Virus record (IMG/VR): IMGVR_UViG_3300017589_000150
Coordinates: 1-34,542 of that record
Length of the DNA: 34,542 nt
Origin: a virus
Lineage: Duplodnaviria > Caudoviricetes
Reading direction: 5' to 3' (one strand)
This document shows positions 25,122 to 33,056 of the stretch, in pieces; positions within the stretch are counted from its first letter, which is position 1, and the number at the start of each line of letters is the position of its first letter. The position numbers were made by a program, and so were the translations under genes. The notes under the pieces were generated by a model that had not been told where the DNA came from, made no database searches, and worked only from the letters and a program-made list of their open reading frames with translations.

Positions 25122-25442
25122 CTATCTGTAGAGCTCCTCACTCGTGGGGGGCTCCGTTTTTTCACCAGGTTTGTCCGTACTTTCATAGGTAAGCCTGAAT
25201 GTTTTATCCGGCATTACATCAATGAGGTTGCAACCTGTTTCGTCGAAGATAAGCCAGTCTCCGGTATGCGGCGTTTTCAGCCCTCTTCGTACAGCTATGA
25301 GGTAACGGCACTGCTGGTAGTCATAGGCAGATTTAAGGTCGTTCCTGAATCTCCTGCTCAGTTCATCGTCCATTTTTAGTCCCGCGTACTGGATAGCACA
25401 GATTTTGGTACGCAACCTTTCAAATCTCTGCATTTCGATCAT
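25122..25442 (-). CDS. Conserved phage hypothetical protein (PGDYG-like motif)
   Basis: AIQY...TGDWLI..E.G...V.PD.TF..TYE; ATG 25442 after AAGGAGG. Confidence 0.55.
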   Translation of the reverse strand: MIEMQRFERLRTKICAIQYAGLKMDDELSRRFRNDLKSAYDYQQCRYLIAVRRGLKTPHTGDWLIFDETGCNLIDVMPDKTFRLTYESTDKPGEKTEPPTSEELYR

Positions 25443-25584
25443 GGTGTTTGTTCCTCCTTGCATATAAAAAAACAAATTCACGGTAAATCCCTGCGGCCAG
25501 AAGCAAAGCACAGAATGAAAACCAAGTTCCCATATCCCCGTAGAAAGATTGCATAAATGGACTGCATGCAAATTCAAGTAACAT
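25420..25584 (-). CDS. 54-aa small membrane protein (below cutoff)
   Basis: MLLEFACSPF...WFSFCALLLAAGIY...; ATG directly follows the upstream TAA. Confidence 0.45.
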   Translation of the reverse strand: MLLEFACSPFMQSFYGDMGTWFSFCALLLAAGIYREFVFLYARRNKHHDRNAEI

Positions 25585-25710
25585 TTACTCGACCCTCCCA
25601 CTGCGCCATATTTTTATCTGCTTTCTGTTACGCTTTACTTTCCATTTAGCTATGGCAAACATGAACACTATGCCAGCTGTAACTATTGCTATGCAGATAC
25701 AGCGTTCCAT
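25585..25710 (-). CDS. 41-aa small membrane protein (below cutoff)
   Basis: MERCICIAIVTAGIVFMFAIAKWKVKRNRKQIKIWRSGRVE*; TGATG coupling to the upstream gene. Confidence 0.55.
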   Translation of the reverse strand: MERCICIAIVTAGIVFMFAIAKWKVKRNRKQIKIWRSGRVE

Positions 25711-25982
25711 CAAAACGCCCTCCTGTATTTTTTGATGTACTCTTCCGGGTCCAGGACCTCTACTTTTCCTTCTTTTACCTTCCGTACAAGTGTTGATCTG
25801 CCAATCGAATACTTATTGCAGAACTGAGGCGCTGTGAGCCAGGGATTTTCTTCTGTAATGGGATGCGAAAAGGCCTTTGATGTAATTTCTTTAAGGATCC
25901 TATCTACTTTGTTAGTCATATCTACTATCGCCTGATATTCTTCTTTAGGCATCATTACAAACTGTCCCGTAAATGACTGCAT
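25710..25982 (-). CDS. Excisionase-like HTH protein
   Basis: WLTAPQFCNKYSIGRSTLVRKVKEGKV MerR/Xis-type HTH; GGAGG SD. Confidence 0.65.
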   Translation of the reverse strand: MQSFTGQFVMMPKEEYQAIVDMTNKVDRILKEITSKAFSHPITEENPWLTAPQFCNKYSIGRSTLVRKVKEGKVEVLDPEEYIKKYRRAF

Positions 25983-26014
25983 ACTTATTCCTCCTTCCGT
26001 GTTGATATAACCCT

Positions 26015-26752
26015 TTAGGCTACCAGGGCTAGTTTCTTCTTAAGGAAAAGATTGACGAAATAAACTTGCCCCTTGCCTGTAACCTTGACTGTGTGAGAGA
26101 TAAGGACTGTCCCATCGGGTTTTGTTATCGTTGTCTCTTTGACCCTGAATATCCCCATCTCCATAGATCTCTGTGTCGGCATGTTCCGTGATGATCCGTA
26201 CTTCATCAGGAACCCTTCGTTGCGGAGGAACTCAAACAGTCTCTTTTGTCCGATATCGATCCCGTTTTGATGAAGGATCTTCGCCAGGTCGCCGATCAGG
26301 ATCTCTGACTTACTGGTTGAGACAGCATCGGCAAATAAAACCTTGGGAGCATCCTGTTCGACTTTTTCCGCCAGATCCGCCGCAAGTCTCAGAGCTTCAG
26401 GAAGATTCCTGGGAATGCTGAATGTTGTGGCAGATTTGGACGCGATACTTCTTTCCATCTCGTTGAACGCTGCAATGTAGAGCTCCTTCCAGCGGGCGGC
26501 CCTTACACCAGTAAACCCCATTGCAAGGAATGAAAAGCCGTCCCTGGACATAATGATTTCCGGCATTTCCCTGTTCTGGTCGTTGATGTAGGAGGACTGG
26601 GAAAAATTTCCCAGTCTAAATTCCTCTGAACACTCCAGGTTTCGGATAGCTTTAAGCAGATCGTTGTGAGGCTTTTCAAAAACCCTGGCAACATCCCTGC
26701 TCGATACGACCGCTTTTCGATCCTTGATCACGATCCCAAATTCATTGTTCAT
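26015..26752 (-). CDS. Antirepressor: Rha N-terminal plus KilAC/ANT C-terminal domain
   Basis: VSSRDVA.VFEK.H, RDGFSFLAMGFTG, YIAAFNEME; PKVLFADAV, IGQKRLF, VTGKGQVYF. Confidence 0.93.
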   Translation of the reverse strand: MNNEFGIVIKDRKAVVSSRDVARVFEKPHNDLLKAIRNLECSEEFRLGNFSQSSYINDQNREMPEIIMSRDGFSFLAMGFTGVRAARWKELYIAAFNEMERSIASKSATTFSIPRNLPEALRLAADLAEKVEQDAPKVLFADAVSTSKSEILIGDLAKILHQNGIDIGQKRLFEFLRNEGFLMKYGSSRNMPTQRSMEMGIFRVKETTITKPDGTVLISHTVKVTGKGQVYFVNLFLKKKLALVA

Positions 26753-26806
26753 TTATTTGACCCCCTTTCATTGCTGATATAATCTTTTCAGATATAAAAA
26801 TGCCCG

Positions 26807-26834
26807 GCACCATGACAGTCGGATACCGGGCTTG
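26807..26834 (+). repeat. Left 28-bp inverted repeat, within a terminator-like hairpin
   Basis: GCACCATGACAGTCGGATACCGGGCTTG; 26/28 identical to the reverse complement of 28332-28359. Confidence 0.85.
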
Positions 26835-26858
26835 TAATTTTTTTTGTTGGAATTTACA

Positions 26859-27113
26859 TCAAATTTTATTTTTATCTACCTCATCAAAACCTCTTTCGCA
26901 AATATCCTGCAGCCTCATCTTCATACCATACAAAAAGGAAATGAGCGAAATAATAAACATAAATAACCAAGATGCTAATGGTCCAAGCCTAATGTTTGGG
27001 ATTTCTGCCCACTCCCCTAAAAGATTAAAACAAACGAAAAAAAACCAAAAACCTAAAAATTTACTGAATCTGGACTGCACCATCATTAGCAGGATTGTTA
27101 TTGCTGATTTCAT
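26859..27113 (-). CDS. Small two-TM membrane protein
   Basis: Two hydrophobic segments; GGAGG SD; AT-rich. Confidence 0.7.
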   Translation of the reverse strand: MKSAITILLMMVQSRFSKFLGFWFFFVCFNLLGEWAEIPNIRLGPLASWLFMFIISLISFLYGMKMRLQDICERGFDEVDKNKI

Positions 27114-27304
27114 TTATGTTCCTCCATTATTAGCTGTAATTAATCAATTTCAAATAAAACACAGTGTGTTTTATGCTTGCTAAACTATTTTGAATTGTTA
27201 ACCTAAAAATATTAATTGCAGTATTTTTATTCAAGGGTGATAATTAACAATAATTGGAATATGAAACTCGTATGGTTGTATTTAATCGATAGGAGGTTAC
27301 AGTT

Positions 27305-28240
27305 ATGGCGGAATCAAATAATACTGAAACTATGGCAGTATCCCAAGATAACGACCAATTGAAACTTGCTATTACTTACAACGGCGAAGCGGTTGAAAAT
27401 CATGAAATTGACCTTACTGAGTTTGCGCAGTCAATGCTCGGATTGTCCACAACAATACGTGGGGCCGGTAAATTTTTAGTAGGAAAAGATTATGATATAA
27501 ACTTAAAATTATCAGCAGTTGAAGGTAACTGTGTTACTTTTACTATTACGCTTAATGCTGGAGCTCTTATAGGCGGCACACTTTTATTCCTTGGAACATA
27601 TAGCTTACAAACTCTTGCAGAAAACATCGGATTCATATTTCATGGTGGCAAAGGGCTAATACAGTTTTTAATCCATCTCAAAAAATCTCCGGTAATTCAA
27701 ACAGAACAACTAGATAAAGAAATGACAAAAGTAACCTTTGCTGATGGTTCTATTATTGAGATCCCATATAAGGTATTTGAGATGAAGGATTCTGATCCAA
27801 TACGTAAGGGAATTTTTAAGTTTGTACAAATACTCTCAAAACAGGGATACGAAAATATTTCTGTCATGCAAAAAAATGTTACTGAATCAAAAAGCGTGAT
27901 TACGAAAGATGATGTCCCTGCCCTTGTTTATAGTTCACAAGATGAAGTAATCGAAGGTGAACTTAAAATTATAGGAGAAATTGATCGCCCTTCGCTTAAG
28001 GGTGAACGAAAAAACTGGATAGTTGTAGATGTTTCTAATGATGATAGCTATATAGCTACAATGAGAGATGATGCCTTTATGGAACGGATTGATAGAGGAG
28101 AATGTGAGTTTAGAAATGGGAACTTGTATCATGTTACACTTTGGGGTACTAAAACGACTAACCCTGTCGGAAAATCAAAATCAAAGTATGAAATTACTCA
28201 TATTGAACAAGTAACTAGCAATCAGAACATTTTATTCTAG
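27305..28240 (+). CDS. Accessory (moron) hypothetical protein, 311 aa
   Basis: AGGAGG SD, AT-rich, opposite to the lytic direction; NHEID..EFAQS.LG N-terminus, central hydrophobic segment, probable C-terminal OB-like beta domain. Confidence 0.8.
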   Translation: MAESNNTETMAVSQDNDQLKLAITYNGEAVENHEIDLTEFAQSMLGLSTTIRGAGKFLVGKDYDINLKLSAVEGNCVTFTITLNAGALIGGTLLFLGTYSLQTLAENIGFIFHGGKGLIQFLIHLKKSPVIQTEQLDKEMTKVTFADGSIIEIPYKVFEMKDSDPIRKGIFKFVQILSKQGYENISVMQKNVTESKSVITKDDVPALVYSSQDEVIEGELKIIGEIDRPSLKGERKNWIVVDVSNDDSYIATMRDDAFMERIDRGECEFRNGNLYHVTLWGTKTTNPVGKSKSKYEITHIEQVTSNQNILF

Positions 28241-28331
28241 TGACATTGCTACATTTGTAACTGTATGGATATACCGATATTTGAGATAACAATAGTTAAA
28301 TATTGATTGACTCAAGGAAAAACATTTTTTT

Positions 28332-28359
28332 CAAGCCCGGTATTCGATTGTCATGGTGC
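28332..28359 (-). repeat. Right 28-bp inverted repeat
   Basis: Reverse complement GCACCATGACAATCGAATACCGGGCTTG. Confidence 0.85.
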
Positions 28360-28374
28360 GTGGAGATTTATTCC

Positions 28375-28859
28375 CTAGCCTTTACTCCCTACCGTTTCCA
28401 GCAGTTTTTGGCATGTTCTGACGCTTTCTTTTACCCTGTCTATCCATTGCTGGGTGATTTCTTCGTCCGGGTTGCCGTCGGCGCAGTCTTTAACGATCAG
28501 TGCTATTTCCTTTGGTTCGTCGGCCAGTTCATTTGCTTCCCTGACGGATTCCATAACATCGACAGCCCGGAGCAGAAAATCTTTTGGATCACAACTTAAG
28601 CTGTTTTCTTGTCCCCCTGCTCCGCTTGCAGCTCGGCAGGGGGCGGAGTAGGGTTTGCTTCTTGCAAAACCTTATAAAGCTCTCCTCGTTCAAGATGTAA
28701 GACATCTTCAAGAGCTGCTATTTTGTTTGCGTCTGTAGGCGGATATTTGCCAGATTCCCAGTCGTAAACTGCTGATCGAGATACGCCAGTTTTATCTGCA
28801 AGTTCTCCTTGAGTAAACCCAGCTTTTTTCCTGAGATCACGAATATATTGCGAGTACAC
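28375..28859 (-). CDS. Predicted 161-aa Cro-CII-like fusion via -1 frameshift
   Basis: A AAC CCT heptamer at 28656-28650, 6-nt spacer, 8-bp GC stem; -1 frame open to TAG at 28377-28375. Confidence 0.6.
28596..28859 (-). CDS. cro: Cro-like XRE HTH regulator
   Basis: LRKKAGFTQGELADKTGVSRSAVYDWESG; divergent from cI; GGAGG SD, GTG start. Confidence 0.9.
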   Translation of the reverse strand: MYSQYIRDLRKKAGFTQGELADKTGVSRSAVYDWESGKYPPTDANKIAALEDVLHLERGELYKVLQEANPTPPPAELQAEQGDKKTA

Positions 28860-28890
28860 TTTTACACCTCCCTCTTAATTGCTTTGCTTA

Positions 28891-28948
28891 CTACGCATTA
28901 TATGCATAATATTTCAATTGTCAAGTAAACTACGTAATAATTGCGTAG
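28891..28948. promoter_or_regulatory. Immunity switch: lytic promoter with two 19-bp operator candidates
   Basis: Minus-strand TTGACA (28924-28919), 16 nt, TATAAT (28902-28897); CTACGTAATAATTGCGTAG at 28930-28948 and CTACGCATTATATGCATAA at 28891-28909. Confidence 0.7.
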
Positions 28949-29008
28949 CAGGCAAATATTGATAAAAAATGTCATTGAATGTAGAGTTCACTATGAAGAG
29001 GTGAATTA

Positions 29009-29818
29009 ATGCGTAAAGGTGACGAAATCCGTCTGTTACGAAAGAAATTAAGATTAAGCCAAGAAGGGTTAGCTAATCTTATAGGAGTGTCGCGTTCTGC
29101 TGTCTATGACTGGGAGAGAGACGCATATTCACCAGAAGGCGAAAACCTTATAAAACTTGCTAAGGCACTAAATGTTTCTGCGTCTTACCTCATGGGCGAA
29201 ACAGACGACCCAACACCAAAAACCAGGCTTTATGAAAAAATAGAAACACATGAAGCTCTTCACGAAAAAATAATTCGTAACGGCAAGGAATATTCAGCTG
29301 ATGACATTGCTAAAAATCCTAATTTAGGACTGCCGATAGAAGAAAAATCCAACGTTCGATCAGGCAGTAAATTTCTGGAGATCCCGCTTCTGACAATGGC
29401 TACTGCTGCTTCGTGCGGTGCAGGAAATGGTCTTTATGGAGTGATCCCGGAATCCACTGAAAATATCTTCGTGGAAGCCAGCACCTTCAAATGCCTGGAC
29501 GACACAAGAAAGCCGTTCGCCATTCCCATAGAAGGCGACTCAATGACAGGCGCGGGACTTGAAGAGGGAGCGAATGCAGTAATAAATCCGGCGGAAGAAG
29601 TTATGAACGGGGACGCAGCGCTTATATCCTGTGACGGTGACTGGCTGATTAAATGGGTAGTCTACAATCCTGACGGAAGTGTCGACCTCAAACCGGCCAA
29701 CCCGAACTACAGCCCCCGACATATTGAGTCCGCTTATGCATCCGATCCGTCATGGTTCCGTGTCATTGGTAAAGTAGTCAGAGTAGTCCGTATTTCCAAC
29801 CCTAAACGAGCATTCTAG
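29009..29818 (+). CDS. cI: CI-like repressor (XRE HTH plus S24 autoprotease)
   Basis: N-terminal HTH, CGAG cleavage region, GDSM Ser, LIK Lys, PANPNY. Confidence 0.95.
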   Translation: MRKGDEIRLLRKKLRLSQEGLANLIGVSRSAVYDWERDAYSPEGENLIKLAKALNVSASYLMGETDDPTPKTRLYEKIETHEALHEKIIRNGKEYSADDIAKNPNLGLPIEEKSNVRSGSKFLEIPLLTMATAASCGAGNGLYGVIPESTENIFVEASTFKCLDDTRKPFAIPIEGDSMTGAGLEEGANAVINPAEEVMNGDAALISCDGDWLIKWVVYNPDGSVDLKPANPNYSPRHIESAYASDPSWFRVIGKVVRVVRISNPKRAF

Positions 29819-29843
29819 CCCCTGCTGTTGCAGGGGTATTTTT
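29819..29843 (+). terminator. Intrinsic terminator after cI
   Basis: CCCCTGC/GCAGGGG stem followed by TATTTTT. Confidence 0.7.
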
Positions 29844-29862
29844 ATACTTGAGGTGAAAAATT

Positions 29863-30087
29863 ATGTCTTCGTCTTATGGAATAAGATTAAGGTTTAATGA
29901 ACAAACCCAAACTATAGAAATAAAAGAAGAAGAGGATTACTATACTTCACGCCCAGAGAAAGTTTACAGTCCAATCACAGAAGTGCCTGCTGATTTCATT
30001 GCTATAGATTTTGAAACTGCTAATAAGTATACTTACTCTCCTTGTTCTATTGGTGTGGCAGTTGTAAAAGCAGGAGAAAAAGTTTGA
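29863..30087 (+). pseudogene. Truncated DEDDh 3'-5' exonuclease (epsilon-like)
   Basis: FIAIDFETAN....PCSIGVAVV is the ExoI motif; the ORF stops before ExoII/III. Confidence 0.75.
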
Positions 30088-30138
30088 GGTGTAATATAAA
30101 ATTAAATAGATATAACAAGGTTAATCCATGTCTTTATC

Positions 30139-33006
30139 TTGAAGGAAGGCTTAATAATGATTTTTAATAGCATCTTTTCAAGAAAATATTCCTCTTGGGT
30201 GGAGTTAGAGACTGCAATTGAGGCAATTGAGACAGCAAAAGAAAAAGGTACTGCCTTTGAGCAATTTGTCTTAGCCTACTTTACATATTTTAAAAATATG
30301 TATTTGATCTCTGAATTGTATATAGAAAGTTCCATTCCTTTAGAGTTGCGCAAAAAAGTTAAATTGGAAAAACGCGACAGTGGCGTTGACGGCTTGATCG
30401 TAAAAGAAGACGGAACTACTGTCGCATATCAAGCTAAATTCAGAAGTGGTCAGATAGCGCCTTCCTACGATGAATTAACCTCATTTTGGGCTGAATCTGA
30501 ACATGCGGATGAAAGATGCATTATTGCTAACTGTTATGAGCTTCCACAGCAGGCTTACAAAAAGAAAGACCAGTTTTTTATTTTTAGAAATGAATTAAAC
30601 AGTCTTGAGCCTAACTTTTTCGAATGGTTATATACTTTTGCAACAACAGGTTCAACCGAACCCAATGTTTCAAGATATGAGCCAAAGGATCATCAGTATA
30701 AAATGATCTCTGAAGTTTTAGAAGGATTTGTAACAGAAAAAAGAGGAAAAATGCTTGCTGCATGTGGTACCGGCAAGACTCTTGCGGCTTTATGGATAAA
30801 AGAAAGTTTGACGGCCCAAAATACTTTATTTGTGGCTCCGAACCTTGCCCTTATAAAGCAAACACTAGAAGCTTGGATGCAACAAGCAAAAACACCATTT
30901 ACTTATCTTTGTGTATGTAGCGATGTAACAGTGGCAGAAAATGCAAACCCCTTAGAAAATGATGATTTTCAAACAGATGCGTCATATATTGGTGTTCCTG
31001 TTACTACCGATTCGGAAAAAATCCTTGATTTTATTATGTTTGAATCACCAAAAGATAAGGTTATATTCTCAACCTATCAATCACTTGATGCTATTGTCGG
31101 TGCATTAGAGAAATTTGATGGATTTAATTTCGATATCTCATTCTTTGATGAGGCGCACAGAACAGCGGGTAATAAAGATACGCAAATGTTTATTATGGGC
31201 ATGAATGATGCTTTTATACCATCGAAAAAGAGATTGTTTATGACCGCAACTGAAAGATTTGTTAATCCTCGTATTGTTGGTCGTGCCCATGAGTACCACT
31301 ATGAAGTTTTTTCAATGGATAACTATGAGCAATATGGCCCAACATTTACTTCACTTCCTTTTAGGTCTGCAATAGAGCAAGGAATAATCAGTGATTATAA
31401 AATTGTTCTTTGCTGTATGAAAGAGGGGGAACTTAAAAGTATTATAGACAACAATTTAATTCTGAATATTGGAGATAGAGAAGTAGACGCCCAAAATCTG
31501 TTTAAACAGGTCCTCCTAGCTAAAACCATGAATGACATTGGTATTCGCAAAGCTATTTCATACCACCGAGATATTAATTCCGCTAAGCGGTTTATATCTT
31601 CTACTAACAGTACAAATTTAAATGAGGTAATATCTGGTATCACTGATGATATTATTGTGTCTGATGTGTATTGTGATCATATTAATGGTACTATGTCAGC
31701 TGGGGCACGAAAAGGAATTTTTGATGAATTCATTACTGCTCCCTATGGTGTTATTTCTAATGCAAGATGTTTGACCGAGGGCATTGATGTCCCCATAATA
31801 GATGCTGTATATTTTGCAGATCCTAAAAACTCTATAATTGACATAATACAAGCTGTTGGACGTTCCTTAAGAAAGGTGAATAATCAAGATAAAATCTCTT
31901 ATATTATTATTCCAATAATTATTGCTGATGAAATTTCCAATTTTGAGGATATAGATCCCGAAAATTTCAGCACACTTCATACCGTTGTACAAGCATTAAG
32001 AGATCAAGACCGAATTTTAGCTGATTATATTGATAAGCTTAACCTTAAGCTCGCGACAGGAGAAAGGCCCACTGGTGGTGAAGATGGAGATTCCCCATTA
32101 ATTATTGAAGCAACTGAGCAACTAGGCATTGATGACATTGCCGGTAAAATTCTGTTGAGAGTTGCTGAGGTAAACCGCGATCCTGCTAATATTTCTCGAG
32201 AATTTATTTTCGAGCCAAGATCTCGTACATCAGGTGTTGAGCGAGGAGATTTCACTACTGTTGGAGACTATAATCTTGATTCCTATTGGAAATCTTGCGT
32301 AATAGCAACTTTACAAAAATATGATTCCTTTGATGTTGGTCTTCCTCATACAGCTATCGTTATTGACCACAATAATGTTTCTCACGCTGTTAAAATAGGA
32401 GCTATAATTGAAAAGGAACGCAAATTTTATGTTACTGAAGTTGGTCTCAGACTATTTGAATGCTCCTCATTTGAAGAAGCAGCCCCAATATTCCAAGAAC
32501 AACTATTAAAGTTTTATAAACTTGCGGCTATTACACGCTTCCCACATTTCCCATACCGGTTTGCGCTTAAGGTGTTAGCTCAAGTAGGTAAAATCTCAAA
32601 ATTTGAATTTGCTTATTCAATGTTTATTGCAAAAAACTTAGGAAATCGCGGCGTTAGCGAAGCTTGCGAAAAAATCGCGTACTTAATGGATACCTATCCT
32701 CGTATTGAAACTTTAAGTGATGCCAATAAAGAAATAGTCCTAGCAGCACTTAATGAAAAATACGACACCACTCTAAAATTAATTGATATCTGGACTTCGA
32801 GGACAACCCTTTATAACCAATTCAATTACTTAAAGAAGCACCTTACAATATGGCCGGGAGTTACTGTGGCTGGAGCTCCAGAAATAATGCTTACCACTAA
32901 TGGAGCGGAAAAAATAAAAGAGCTTCTTCAAAAAACAAATGAAATAGAAACCTGTCCTATGGATAAACTCAGATCGAACTTTATTAATTCCAAGGATTGG
33001 CTTTAA
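30139..33006 (+). CDS. Mrr-like nuclease-SF2 helicase with a C-terminal putative DNA-recognition domain
   Basis: KGTAFE, DSGVDG, YQAKF; ACGTGKT, STYQS, DEAHRT, MTAT, CLTEGIDVP, QAVGR; start may be ATG 30157. Confidence 0.88.
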   Translation: MKEGLIMIFNSIFSRKYSSWVELETAIEAIETAKEKGTAFEQFVLAYFTYFKNMYLISELYIESSIPLELRKKVKLEKRDSGVDGLIVKEDGTTVAYQAKFRSGQIAPSYDELTSFWAESEHADERCIIANCYELPQQAYKKKDQFFIFRNELNSLEPNFFEWLYTFATTGSTEPNVSRYEPKDHQYKMISEVLEGFVTEKRGKMLAACGTGKTLAALWIKESLTAQNTLFVAPNLALIKQTLEAWMQQAKTPFTYLCVCSDVTVAENANPLENDDFQTDASYIGVPVTTDSEKILDFIMFESPKDKVIFSTYQSLDAIVGALEKFDGFNFDISFFDEAHRTAGNKDTQMFIMGMNDAFIPSKKRLFMTATERFVNPRIVGRAHEYHYEVFSMDNYEQYGPTFTSLPFRSAIEQGIISDYKIVLCCMKEGELKSIIDNNLILNIGDREVDAQNLFKQVLLAKTMNDIGIRKAISYHRDINSAKRFISSTNSTNLNEVISGITDDIIVSDVYCDHINGTMSAGARKGIFDEFITAPYGVISNARCLTEGIDVPIIDAVYFADPKNSIIDIIQAVGRSLRKVNNQDKISYIIIPIIIADEISNFEDIDPENFSTLHTVVQALRDQDRILADYIDKLNLKLATGERPTGGEDGDSPLIIEATEQLGIDDIAGKILLRVAEVNRDPANISREFIFEPRSRTSGVERGDFTTVGDYNLDSYWKSCVIATLQKYDSFDVGLPHTAIVIDHNNVSHAVKIGAIIEKERKFYVTEVGLRLFECSSFEEAAPIFQEQLLKFYKLAAITRFPHFPYRFALKVLAQVGKISKFEFAYSMFIAKNLGNRGVSEACEKIAYLMDTYPRIETLSDANKEIVLAALNEKYDTTLKLIDIWTSRTTLYNQFNYLKKHLTIWPGVTVAGAPEIMLTTNGAEKIKELLQKTNEIETCPMDKLRSNFINSKDWL

Positions 33007-33010
33007 ACCA

Positions 33011-33054
33011 AACTGCCGCAGTTGAGTCATATCAATAACTCGTCTGCGGTAGTT
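33011..33054. terminator. Hairpin between the convergent helicase and MTase genes
   Basis: AACTGCCGCAG/CTGCGGTAGTT arms. Confidence 0.5.
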
Positions 33055-33056
33055 TA

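Noticed and set aside
24027-25379. Long plus-strand ORFs (234 aa and 175 aa)
   Set aside because: They overlap several coupled minus-strand genes and have non-protein-like composition.
28303-28651. Plus-strand 98-aa and 65-aa ORFs
   Set aside because: Antisense to the more convincing minus-strand -1 frame; no SD.
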